DNA from: a virus
Taxonomy: Duplodnaviria > Caudoviricetes
Strand: one strand, 5' to 3'
IMG/VR virus record: IMGVR_UViG_3300011335_000510
Span: 1 to 30,608 of that record
Length of the DNA stretch: 30,608 nucleotides
Below, one piece after another: positions 16,181 to 25,077 of this stretch (positions are counted from its first letter, which is position 1; each line of letters begins with the position of its first letter). The notes beneath the pieces were generated by a model, which saw nothing but the letters and a program-made list of their open reading frames with translations, was not told the DNA's origin and ran no database searches. The position numbers were made by a program, and so were the translations under genes.

Positions 16181-16605
16181 TACTACAACTCAAAAAAAGA
16201 ATCGAGATTCTCGAAGCGAAGGCGCAGGAACAGGAACAAAAAATAAACGAGATACTAAACAAGTTGTCCGAAAGAGCAACAACACCTTCTCTCGTTCCTG
16301 CAAAGAAACAAGCGTTCAAAAAACCAACTGTTGTTGAGATATACGACTACGCTTGTGAACGATTGAGCAACGAAGACGCGCTTAAGTTTACCGAGAAATT
16401 CCACGATCACTACGAAGCAAACGGGTGGAAGGTCGGACGCAATGCGATGAAAGACTGGAAGGCTGCTGTTCGTAAGTGGGACTTAACTACCTTTGATACA
16501 TCAAAAACAAACCAACAAAATCAAACTAAAATTAAGAATGGAAAATTCGACTCCGATGCTGCGCAACGCATCTATAACGACGCTCACAACTACACAAAGG
16601 ATTGA
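16174..16605 (+). CDS. Replication initiator/replisome-organizer C-terminal-like protein with N-terminal coiled coil
   Basis: FKKPTVVEI...FHDHYEANGWKVGRNAMKDWKAAVRKW motif. Confidence 0.7.
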   Translation: MLILQLKKRIEILEAKAQEQEQKINEILNKLSERATTPSLVPAKKQAFKKPTVVEIYDYACERLSNEDALKFTEKFHDHYEANGWKVGRNAMKDWKAAVRKWDLTTFDTSKTNQQNQTKIKNGKFDSDAAQRIYNDAHNYTKD

Positions 16606-17293
16606 TAAAGCCGAACGCGAAAGCGCGTTTGTTGCTGACTACGACCTGCCAACGTTCGTTAAACTTTGCTCGAAGGTGTGCGCTATGTATGGAATAGCAT
16701 TGCCAGAAGCGCAACTGTTGCAAATGTTGCACGAGTTTATTGTTAAGCACTTTCGTTGGGTGACGTTTGAACATTTCAATTTAGCGTTTGAAATGAATGC
16801 AGCTAACGAACTGTCAAAGAAATGCGAACACTTCGGAGCGTTGAGCGTGTCTTTTATAGGCGACGTTTTGACGGCTTACAAACCGCACCGCGACAAAATC
16901 AATTTACAAATACAAAGAGAAATAGCAGAAGCAATAGAGCAGAAAGCGAAAGAAATAAAGGAGAATGAAATGGCAGTAAACGACGACAGCTGGAGAAAGA
17001 TGCTCAAAGAAGACATTGAGAGTTTTAAGGAAGGTAAATTCATCACGTTAGAACTACGCGGAGTGTCAATGATGCGTTGGCTCGAAGAAGCGAAGTATAT
17101 CGACGCGACGACGTTCACGGATGACGAGTACAACACTTGCAAAGCAAAGGCGCGTTTCGTTGTCTTCCAAGAACAGCAACTTTCGAAAGGAATGGTTGAG
17201 CGAATGAGCGACCGCAAAAGACAACTATTAAAGGAATCGTTACACTTTGAAGGGATGCGTCAACTTTATAAACTTTATTTGTCGAAGCAATGA
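16538..17293 (+). CDS. Hypothetical replication protein (possible helicase loader)
   Basis: Follows the initiator-like gene; LAFE...HFGALS..FIGDVLTAY motif; ATG at 16538 preferred. Confidence 0.55.
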   Translation: MENSTPMLRNASITTLTTTQRIDKAERESAFVADYDLPTFVKLCSKVCAMYGIALPEAQLLQMLHEFIVKHFRWVTFEHFNLAFEMNAANELSKKCEHFGALSVSFIGDVLTAYKPHRDKINLQIQREIAEAIEQKAKEIKENEMAVNDDSWRKMLKEDIESFKEGKFITLELRGVSMMRWLEEAKYIDATTFTDDEYNTCKAKARFVVFQEQQLSKGMVERMSDRKRQLLKESLHFEGMRQLYKLYLSKQ

Positions 17294-17640
17294 GCAAATA
17301 CATTTACGATGAAAATGGTATCTGCGTGAATGGAGATACGATGTACTATAAAGCCGACGGAATTTTAGCGCATTATGAAGTAGCAAAGAACAAGCACGGA
17401 TATGCCAGAACGTACGAAGTAGAAGGATCAATTATAAGTATTTGCAGACCTATAAGTTGGGAAGAAGAAGATGTAACAGCAACAAAAGAAGAAGCGGTTG
17501 CATTGGCAAAATATGAATTGAAAAAAGCGTTAATGTCGGCTAACTACAACAATCAATTTGACGGTGTACTGATGGCAATGGGTGAGATTTCTATTCCGCA
17601 AAAAGAAACAATCAGCAAACCTCAACTAAGTTTATTTTGA
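17290..17640 (+). CDS. Hypothetical protein (116 aa) ending QLSLF
   Basis: ATGA coupling; C-terminal QLSLF. Confidence 0.8.
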   Translation: MSKYIYDENGICVNGDTMYYKADGILAHYEVAKNKHGYARTYEVEGSIISICRPISWEEEDVTATKEEAVALAKYELKKALMSANYNNQFDGVLMAMGEISIPQKETISKPQLSLF

Positions 17641-17858
17641 TGATTAAAACAAGAATTATTTCAGAAGAACATTCTGGAAACAAGACATACAAAGTACAAC
17701 GTAAAAAGTGGTATGGTTGGGTGACTGAATCTATTCCTATAATTGCATGGCGTTCTATTGATAAACATTTTCATACAATTGAAGAAGCGGAATTGTACAT
17801 ATTGAAACACTTTACCAAACCTAAAGTTAAAGTGGTGAAAAATCTAAATGTAACATAA
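17640..17858 (+). CDS. Hypothetical protein (72 aa)
   Basis: TGATG coupling; YKVQRKKWYGW motif. Confidence 0.75.
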   Translation: MIKTRIISEEHSGNKTYKVQRKKWYGWVTESIPIIAWRSIDKHFHTIEEAELYILKHFTKPKVKVVKNLNVT

Positions 17859-19153
17859 TGCCCGAAATAATTTACCACGATAAACAAAAACACGCGTTAG
17901 AACTTCTTTCGTACGAAAGTCCTATTTCGCAGGTGCTGTATGGCGGTGGTGTGTTTAGTGGAAAGTCTTTTCTTGGTTGCGACTGGCAGATAAAAAGAAG
18001 GTTGAAGTACCCGGGGACAAAGGGTTTAATCGGTCGTGCTGAATTGAAGAAGTTACGCTTGTCTACAATGCAAACCTTCTTTGAACTTTGCACCTTACAC
18101 GGATTAAAACCAAACGTTCACTACACCTACAACGGACAAGACCACGTTATTAAGTGGTATAACGGAAGCCAAACGATACTTATGGATTTGGCAGATATGC
18201 CGTCAGACCCCGACTTTCAGAGATTTGGGTCGATTGAAATCACAGACTACTTCGTTGACGAGGTAGCTGAAGTTTCGAAGCGTTGTATTGATATTTTGCA
18301 GTCGCGTGTACGTTACAAATTAATTAACGATAGACCGAAGGGTTTAATGACTTGTAATCCTTCAAAGGGTTGGTTATATAACGACTTTTATTTTGCTAAT
18401 CTTAAAGGACAATTAAGAAGTGACCGCGCCTTTGTACAAGCACTTCCAACGGATAACCCATATATCTCGCAGACTTATCTTGAGAACTTGCAGAAACTTC
18501 CAGAGTACGACCGCAAACGTCTGCTCGAAGGGAATTGGGAATTTGACGACGACAGCGACAAGTTGTTCTCAACCGACAACCTTCTTCGTATGTTCCGAAA
18601 TGAATTGATTGAAGGAAAGAAATATATCACAGCCGACATTGCGCGATTCGGAAAGGATAGAACAATTATCTGCGTTTGGAATGGGTTAACACTTATTGAA
18701 ATTGTAGAGATGAATAGAGCAGGAGTTGACGAAGTAGTGAACAGGATTCGTGAATTAGGCAAGAACTATTCAATTTTACTTCAAGACATTTTAGTCGATG
18801 AAGACGGTGTTGGTGGTGGAGTGGTTGACTTCTTGAAGTGTCGAGGGTTCGTCAACGGATCAAAACCCAAACAACCGCAATACCAAAATCTCAAAAGCGA
18901 GTGTTACTATAAACTCGCGCAATACGTTGAGGAAAACAAGATAACAATTCTTGTGAATGGAAAGAAGGAACAAATCGTGAAGGAGTTAGAAATGATTAAG
19001 CGACACCGCGCAGACGTGGAAGGCAAACTTATGGTTACACCTAAGGACGTAATCAAGAACCGCGAAGGAATTTCTCCAGACGTTGCTGACGCAATAATGA
19101 TGCGAATGTTTTTCGAACTAAATCCAAGTTATGGTCAGTATGTTGTAGGGTAA
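17858..19153 (+). CDS. terL: Terminase large subunit
   Basis: Walker A YGGGVFSGKS, Walker B YFVDE, TCNP motif, RNase H-like ITADIARFGKD...DVADA. Confidence 0.95.
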   Translation: MPEIIYHDKQKHALELLSYESPISQVLYGGGVFSGKSFLGCDWQIKRRLKYPGTKGLIGRAELKKLRLSTMQTFFELCTLHGLKPNVHYTYNGQDHVIKWYNGSQTILMDLADMPSDPDFQRFGSIEITDYFVDEVAEVSKRCIDILQSRVRYKLINDRPKGLMTCNPSKGWLYNDFYFANLKGQLRSDRAFVQALPTDNPYISQTYLENLQKLPEYDRKRLLEGNWEFDDDSDKLFSTDNLLRMFRNELIEGKKYITADIARFGKDRTIICVWNGLTLIEIVEMNRAGVDEVVNRIRELGKNYSILLQDILVDEDGVGGGVVDFLKCRGFVNGSKPKQPQYQNLKSECYYKLAQYVEENKITILVNGKKEQIVKELEMIKRHRADVEGKLMVTPKDVIKNREGISPDVADAIMMRMFFELNPSYGQYVVG

Positions 19154-19177
19154 AATAATTTAGCATATATTAGCAGA

Positions 19178-19432
19178 ATGGAAGAAGAAGAATACACTGA
19201 AGCGACAACTCAAATAGTTAGTCAATTACTAAAATACGATTATAAAGATGAAGACTTTGGAGAAGATTCTTTTTACGTTAAAGAGGACATTCAAAGTTTA
19301 ATACATTTATTTGCGTTAATTCATAACATAGTAGGTGAACGCACATCTCCTGAACAATGGGAAATGTTAGATAAAACAAGAGATACTTTGATTCAATATT
19401 TAGAAACATACCATTTAAACAAACAGGAATGA
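19178..19432 (+). CDS. Hypothetical acidic protein (84 aa)
   Basis: ORF in operon context; AT-rich. Confidence 0.7.
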   Translation: MEEEEYTEATTQIVSQLLKYDYKDEDFGEDSFYVKEDIQSLIHLFALIHNIVGERTSPEQWEMLDKTRDTLIQYLETYHLNKQE

Positions 19433-19641
19433 AACAAACACCACTATACGAATCGCTCAAAATGACTTACGAGCGCGAACGCGAAATAGTTAATTCAATC
19501 GCGACATACTTCCAACAAGCCAAGCCAGTAGGCGACATTCTCCTTGAACTTTCGCAGCGCAAGGATATGAACGCAAAGGAGAAGGTTTATCTTGCGTTAA
19601 TGATTGGCACAATGATGACACGAAACAATGAAGAGAAGTAA
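19429..19641 (+). CDS. Hypothetical protein (70 aa)
   Basis: ATGA coupling. Confidence 0.75.
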   Translation: MKQTPLYESLKMTYEREREIVNSIATYFQQAKPVGDILLELSQRKDMNAKEKVYLALMIGTMMTRNNEEK

Positions 19642-19831
19642 TTTACTCACGCAGGTTGTCGATGAATTAGAAGCGAGAGAATTGAAAGGTTTAGACACTT
19701 ACGGAACAACACTCGACCGAACTGATTTAACGCGCTCTGAGTGGCTACAACACGCTTACGAGGAAGCGTTAGACCTTGCATTATATTTGAAGAAACTTAA
19801 AATAGAAGAAGATGCCAGAGAGCAAAAGTAA
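19628..19831 (+). CDS. Small phage protein with all-alpha NTP-pyrophosphatase-like motif
   Basis: GLDTYGTTLDRTDL...WLQHAYEEALDLALYL (EExxD). Confidence 0.6.
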   Translation: MKRSNLLTQVVDELEARELKGLDTYGTTLDRTDLTRSEWLQHAYEEALDLALYLKKLKIEEDAREQK

Positions 19832-19997
19832 AAAAGGAATCTGCGTGTATTTACACAAAGATCTATGGAACGAGATTGACGAAAAGAGAGGTGAGAACAG
19901 CCGTAACACTTTTTTAAGTGAGGCAATAAAGTTCTCTTTGAAGTTCTACGTCGATGAATCTAAAGTAAAATACTCAGAACAAACGTCGACAAAATAG
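19812..19997 (+). CDS. Ribbon-helix-helix (Arc/CopG-like) regulator
   Basis: ICVYL strand, then KDLWNEIDEKRG and SRNTFLSEAI helices. Confidence 0.7.
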   Translation: MPESKSKKGICVYLHKDLWNEIDEKRGENSRNTFLSEAIKFSLKFYVDESKVKYSEQTSTK

Positions 19998-20535
19998 CGA
20001 CGGACGACGTAACGATTAAAGCGCTATTCCTGCGCTTTTTTTGTTTCTCTAACTTTTTCTTTTCAACATTGAGGCTGTTTATTTCTTCGCTCAATAGTTG
20101 TTCCTTTTCTTCGTGTGCGCTTATAACTTCTGTGAGGTTGTTTATCTTTTCCTCCTGTATGCCCATTTGCTGTTCATAAGTCGCTATTATAAGCGAATCT
20201 GAAGCAATAACGCTGTCGCAAGAGTTCACCAAACGGACAACATCAACAATAGTAATAGTATCTCGAACAATAATAGAATCACGAGTTCTTTGATAGGTGG
20301 TTTTGGCTTTAAGTTGAGCGTCTTCATAAGTTCGAAGTTGTTTATAAAGTTCTATTTGTTCTTGAAGAAGTCTGTCGTACTCACAAGCGTTGTAATTGAT
20401 AATGCTATCTTGTTTTTGTACTTCAACGTGTACATCTTTTATAGATTGTTTACCCCACCAATGCCAACACAATACTAACCAAATAAGCGACGTAAAAATA
20501 AATAAAAGTAAAGCTGCGAATAAATTCTTTCTCAT
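19960..20535 (-). CDS. Spanin-like coiled-coil membrane protein
   Basis: Hydrophobic N- and C-termini around a coiled coil; last gene of the lysis block. Confidence 0.55.
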   Translation of the reverse strand: MRKNLFAALLLFIFTSLIWLVLCWHWWGKQSIKDVHVEVQKQDSIINYNACEYDRLLQEQIELYKQLRTYEDAQLKAKTTYQRTRDSIIVRDTITIVDVVRLVNSCDSVIASDSLIIATYEQQMGIQEEKINNLTEVISAHEEKEQLLSEEINSLNVEKKKLEKQKKRRNSALIVTSSVAILSTFVLSILL

Positions 20536-21533
20536 AAGATTTGTCCTTCGTGTATGCGTAAATTCTTAACGCTAAAATGTCCGTTTGCACCCTTCTCAAC
20601 GATAGCAAAACCGTGATTATATTTTGAATAAGGGTTGTAGTCGGGACTTAATTCACTTAAGCAACCAACACCCCAACAAGTAATGAACTTTCCGTTAGCG
20701 TCCCTCTCGTTGTGTTCTGCTGTTTGGTGGTGGTGACCGCACAAAGAAGAAACTTTTGTCTTCAAGAACAAACCACGCGCTACGTTAACCGAAGGAAGGA
20801 ATTGTTTTCCGAACTCGTGTCCGTGAAAGATAGAAAGTTTACCGATATTCAGTTTACTCTTTCCGTCAATCCACGTTATATTGTGTTTGTCTAAATGACA
20901 CAAAGAAGCAAAGTCAAAAGCGTCAATGTCGAATAGTTCGGGCGCTTTAATTCGCATATATCTCCAATAGCGTTCTTCGTGGTTTCCTTCTTTGTAGTAG
21001 ATGTGAGCGTTTGGAAACTGACCGCGTAACGTATCTACAAATTGACGCATCGCGTATAACTCGTCCTTAAATTTTCTTTTGCGTGGATCTTTGACAAAGT
21101 CGCTAATCATGTGGCAATCTAACGCGTCGCCGTTCAAAATTACAGCGTCGCACCCTTGACGAATACCTTCATTAATTGCAACGGACAAAGCGTCGTTATC
21201 CTGGTAAGGGATATGAATATCTGAAAGAATCAAAAACTTCGTTCCTTTCAACTCGACGTGTTTTCTTTTCTTCGCGTACGACTTCGGGAGCGCGTAAGGG
21301 TTAGAAGGTCTTTGTTTAGTGTCTATCAATTCTTTTTGAGAGTTTGAAGTTCTACTATGTTTTCCAATTTTACCACGCACCGTTCGAACGTAATTTCGCG
21401 CATCTTCTTGCGAAGCAAATGCTTCTGGATATTCATTGAATAATTTTGAAGCTAAAGAGTGTGAAGGTGCTTCGGGGAATTTACTACAAATCTCCGCTGC
21501 TATCTTCCGCGCTTCTGTTTGTGGTCGTGCCAT
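20532..21533 (-). CDS. Calcineurin-like metallophosphoesterase
   Basis: SDIH, GDALD, GNHE, HGH, GHHH motifs in order. Confidence 0.9.
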   Translation of the reverse strand: MARPQTEARKIAAEICSKFPEAPSHSLASKLFNEYPEAFASQEDARNYVRTVRGKIGKHSRTSNSQKELIDTKQRPSNPYALPKSYAKKRKHVELKGTKFLILSDIHIPYQDNDALSVAINEGIRQGCDAVILNGDALDCHMISDFVKDPRKRKFKDELYAMRQFVDTLRGQFPNAHIYYKEGNHEERYWRYMRIKAPELFDIDAFDFASLCHLDKHNITWIDGKSKLNIGKLSIFHGHEFGKQFLPSVNVARGLFLKTKVSSLCGHHHQTAEHNERDANGKFITCWGVGCLSELSPDYNPYSKYNHGFAIVEKGANGHFSVKNLRIHEGQIL

Positions 21534-21747
21534 TCTTTTGTTTTGTAAATCGTTCGAGAACTGTTCCTGTAAACAAACCGCCTGTCAAAAGAGCGAGTGT
21601 GTCGAACATCGCAATGGGACAAACGTAATAGGTGAAAGTCGCAACGTAACTCAAAACGATTAAATTAATAATAACAAATATAGCGATTACTCGCTTACTT
21701 GAAACTTTTGAACATGAACTTAACAACGACTTCAACCATTCCTTCAT
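21484..21747 (-). CDS. Putative holin (2 TM)
   Basis: SSKR motif followed by two hydrophobic segments; in the lysis block. Confidence 0.65.
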   Translation of the reverse strand: MKEWLKSLLSSCSKVSSKRVIAIFVIINLIVLSYVATFTYYVCPIAMFDTLALLTGGLFTGTVLERFTKQKNGTTTNRSAEDSSGDL

Positions 21748-21992
21748 AAAAACTTCAAAATGAATTGAACGATTAACCCACCAACGACACCAGCAGCCGT
21801 TGCAATACCACCCAAACGAGCGACCTGCAACCTTTGATTCTGAATGTACTTATCGTGTTTTTGAACCTTGCTAACAAGACCTTCAATTTTCATCTCATCG
21901 TCACCAATAAGAACGTGATAGATGCGGTCTATCTTCTTATTCATATCTTGAAGTTCCTCGTGTATCAATGCTATTTCGTTTTCGGTGTTCAT
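21744..21992 (-). CDS. Small coiled-coil protein with C-terminal TM (holin/antiholin-like)
   Basis: Adjacent to the endolysin; C-terminal hydrophobic helix. Confidence 0.55.
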   Translation of the reverse strand: MNTENEIALIHEELQDMNKKIDRIYHVLIGDDEMKIEGLVSKVQKHDKYIQNQRLQVARLGGIATAAGVVGGLIVQFILKFL

Positions 21993-22432
21993 TTGAAGTA
22001 AAGTTGTATTTCAGCTTCTCTACGATTTACTAAACCTTTAAGCACAACACCACCGCCTTTATTCCACATACGGAACGAATCGGCAATCGTTGGGTCGTTA
22101 GGGTTCACATTTAATTTTCTTAATACGGACGACTTTTTGAAACCACCCACACCGATATTATAAGCAAGTGAAACACACGCGCTAAATTGATTCTCATTTA
22201 GTGGTTGTTTAATCAATGGACGAATTGAATTAGCAAATTGCTCAACGATAAATTTCGCTAATTCGTCAGCGCGTTGTTGTGTTATTACGTCGCCTTCTTT
22301 TACCTTCGTTTTGTCTTCGTAAAAAGTATTTCCATAGCCAATAGTCCACACTTTCGCAGGGCACAAATAAGCCTTCAAACGACAACCTTCGAAACGCTTC
22401 AATAGCGCGTAACCTTCCGCGTTAACTTTCAT
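21989..22432 (-). CDS. Endolysin, GH24 lysozyme
   Basis: FEGCRLKAYLCPAKVWTIGYG (E-x8-C-x5-T), AYNIG, GLVNRREAE. Confidence 0.95.
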   Translation of the reverse strand: MKVNAEGYALLKRFEGCRLKAYLCPAKVWTIGYGNTFYEDKTKVKEGDVITQQRADELAKFIVEQFANSIRPLIKQPLNENQFSACVSLAYNIGVGGFKKSSVLRKLNVNPNDPTIADSFRMWNKGGGVVLKGLVNRREAEIQLYFK

Positions 22433-22538
22433 TCACTAATCGCTTTATTTGTTTCTCTTTTTTCAAAAGGTAACGACGAAACTTTTCTTCGTACACCTTC
22501 TGCTTTACCATATCCTTTTTGCGCCCTGCTTTCGCCAT
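22422..22538 (-). CDS. Small basic peptide, 38 aa (MAKAGRKKDMVKQKVYEEKFRRYLLKKEKQIKRLVNES); not in ORF track
   Basis: A-rich leader; fills the gap and overlaps the endolysin start. Confidence 0.7.
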   Translation of the reverse strand: MAKAGRKKDMVKQKVYEEKFRRYLLKKEKQIKRLVNES

Positions 22539-22552
22539 TTGTTTTGTTTTAG

Positions 22553-23125
22553 TTATCTAATCCAACCAAGACCTTGACGACGATATGTGTACGAACGTCT
22601 ATCGCGTCCGTCGCTAATCTCGAAAGCGTTCGACGGATAAACATTTGTTTGTGACCATATCTGCTGTGTTTCGTTCGTCGTGTACTCTGGAAAGTCTGAC
22701 TGATTAAAACATAAAAAGTCGACCATTCTTTGAGTATAAAACATCGCTTTTGAACGCGATTGATCGCGGTAGTTTTGCAAGTCAGTTTGTGTTATCGGTG
22801 TAGTGTCTTCGCTTGTGCGAATAACAAGACTTCCGTTGTCGGTTTTAACGTACAAATGCGGTAACATTTCGTACAACGACCACCACATAATCATCCGACG
22901 CAAGTAAGTGTCTAAAAGTTCCTCGTATGCTCCTGCAATGTCACCATTTACAACGTCTTCTTTTATCTTGTTGTACAAGTCAGTTCCTAAATACAACTGA
23001 GCGTATTCGTCTTGTGCTAAATAGATAGCAGGGTACATCAAAAGAGGGTCAACGCTTCCGTTAATCCAACTATATTTCTTTATGTAGTTTTCGTCAATGA
23101 GTAGAACTTCGGGTTGTAGTGCCAT
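22553..23125 (-). CDS. Head-tail adaptor-like protein
   Basis: Follows the portal; AQD...LGTDLYNKI...FPEY motifs. Confidence 0.65.
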   Translation of the reverse strand: MALQPEVLLIDENYIKKYSWINGSVDPLLMYPAIYLAQDEYAQLYLGTDLYNKIKEDVVNGDIAGAYEELLDTYLRRMIMWWSLYEMLPHLYVKTDNGSLVIRTSEDTTPITQTDLQNYRDQSRSKAMFYTQRMVDFLCFNQSDFPEYTTNETQQIWSQTNVYPSNAFEISDGRDRRSYTYRRQGLGWIR

Positions 23126-23133
23126 TGTAGTTT

Positions 23134-25077
23134 TTATTTATATTTTAATGATGCTCTGTTTGGCATATCGTTAGGACGTACTGCTTCTTCTCCTTTTGGA
23201 AATAATTCGTTCGCTACTTTTCCTGTTACAACGGTGTCGTTCTTCAATCCATCGTTAGGTAAAAACTTTCCGTCTCTTCTTTTGCGGAAAAACACCTTTC
23301 TAAACCATGCGTGGCGACAATAAACACCGCCTTTATACGTCCAAATTGAGTAAGTGTTTTGTCCTGCAGGCGCGAATTGTCCGTTAACATCGGGGTTTTT
23401 ACCCATTTCAATAATGTCTTCGTAACGGAATAGCGCTCCTAGTTTAGAAAGCGCAACCATTTCTTGACAGAAATCACGCGTTACCATTTCGCCTTCTTTC
23501 CAAGTGTAGTTTCTTGAGTAGTAGTAACGAACTTTATAAAGTCCCGTGTCCTTTTCGTCTTTTTGGTCGGGATTGGAATAACCACGAACACTCATAAATT
23601 CAGAGCGGAACTTTTCTTCGTCATCTGGGTTGGTTACTTCTTCATCCGACAGCAACTGCCACTCTTCTTCGTTGATGTATTCCGCCTTTTCGCGCAAGTG
23701 AGCCAACCACGCGTCGCCTTCTTCTTTGCTTATCTTAACATCCGCAGACTTCGCCTTCTTCGCTACAACTTTTTTTTTTTGAGCGGACAATTTAGCCACC
23801 GCATCGCCGCCTGTTTGAAACATTGACTTCGCAACGTCCACATCTAAGCCCAAGAATTGAACTAAAAATACAATAGCTTGTTCTTGCGTCAATGTACCTG
23901 CGCTAACACTTGCAACGATTTCTAAAGCGGAAGCAATTTGCGCTCCGTTGTAAGTTACGTCTGAAACCTTTTCAGTTATCGCGTTAGGGTCAGTTGTTGC
24001 AGGTGTAGTTGTAACGTCAATAGGTGACGTAGAATCGATTATAATTGCTTCATCGAACACACTATTCATTTTTATTTCAACGTTGCCTAAAATCGGTGTA
24101 AAGACATCTTCGATTATACGTTGGTAAGGCTTCACAACTTGGTTGTTGAATATCTCCATACCAACAAGCATCTCGTCTTTGTTCGAACCGAAGCCGTTAG
24201 ATTCTCTAATTCCGTGAATCAAAGGTGACACAACGCGGTGTCCAACCATAATCTGCTTCGCTGTTTCTTCGCTTAAAAACTGATATTGTTTGTCAGCATC
24301 CGAAAGAGGGAACGCTTGAATGTCCGGTGTTCTTGTTGGATCTTCGTTGAAAGTCATTAAGAACTTACCTGCGTTACTTGCACCGCTCAATCTTTCTTCC
24401 CACTCACGACGAATAGCTTCACGTTCTTCTTTCTGCGGTATGCCGTTTAAGAAGTTAATGATGAACGAAGGGAAAAGACCATTCAAGATATTATTAACGT
24501 GATACATTCCCATTTGATGAGAAAGTTCAATATAATTCAACGCACCAAAGTAGTCGGGTTTAGGATAGTAAGAACTTCCTGCCATCATTCCGTGCGCGTA
24601 AATCACTTGGCGCGGTTGTTCTTGCGCTTGTGAAGGATTAAACGCAGGAATGAACTCTGGCTTTCCTTTCTTGCTTCGTGAGTTTTTCCAGTCGCGAGAA
24701 TACCAAATGCCGGTTATTTCTTCTTCTTCTTTGTCGTAAGCAAGACGACAATTTTCGAAAGGCAAGTGGTTAATCTTTACAACGCGAGTGAAGTCCATTG
24801 ACCAAATAACTTCAGCAACAAACGCACCTTGTAGTTTTAAATCGAAAGAAATACCTTGCAAAGCACTATCGAGAATCGTTCCCGTACCTTGTCCTTCAAT
24901 CATAAACGCGATTGAGTTTGTCAATGCGTTGTGAATTGGTGAGTTGTAGTACAGATTTATCAAATATTGGCTGTAAAGATTGTCATTTCCGTAATCAATC
25001 CAACCGCCACGATTTTCTTTTTCAATCGCCTCTGTTGGTATGTATCGGCTTAACGCTATTTGTTGAATGTTGCTCAT
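23134..25077 (-). CDS. Portal protein with C-terminal minor-head-like domain (647 aa)
   Basis: YGNDNLY, SPIHNA, NGLFPS, GASNAGKF, HRVVSPL...GFGSN motifs; C-terminal RDFC...KGGVYCRHAW. Confidence 0.88.
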   Translation of the reverse strand: MSNIQQIALSRYIPTEAIEKENRGGWIDYGNDNLYSQYLINLYYNSPIHNALTNSIAFMIEGQGTGTILDSALQGISFDLKLQGAFVAEVIWSMDFTRVVKINHLPFENCRLAYDKEEEEITGIWYSRDWKNSRSKKGKPEFIPAFNPSQAQEQPRQVIYAHGMMAGSSYYPKPDYFGALNYIELSHQMGMYHVNNILNGLFPSFIINFLNGIPQKEEREAIRREWEERLSGASNAGKFLMTFNEDPTRTPDIQAFPLSDADKQYQFLSEETAKQIMVGHRVVSPLIHGIRESNGFGSNKDEMLVGMEIFNNQVVKPYQRIIEDVFTPILGNVEIKMNSVFDEAIIIDSTSPIDVTTTPATTDPNAITEKVSDVTYNGAQIASALEIVASVSAGTLTQEQAIVFLVQFLGLDVDVAKSMFQTGGDAVAKLSAQKKKVVAKKAKSADVKISKEEGDAWLAHLREKAEYINEEEWQLLSDEEVTNPDDEEKFRSEFMSVRGYSNPDQKDEKDTGLYKVRYYYSRNYTWKEGEMVTRDFCQEMVALSKLGALFRYEDIIEMGKNPDVNGQFAPAGQNTYSIWTYKGGVYCRHAWFRKVFFRKRRDGKFLPNDGLKNDTVVTGKVANELFPKGEEAVRPNDMPNRASLKYK

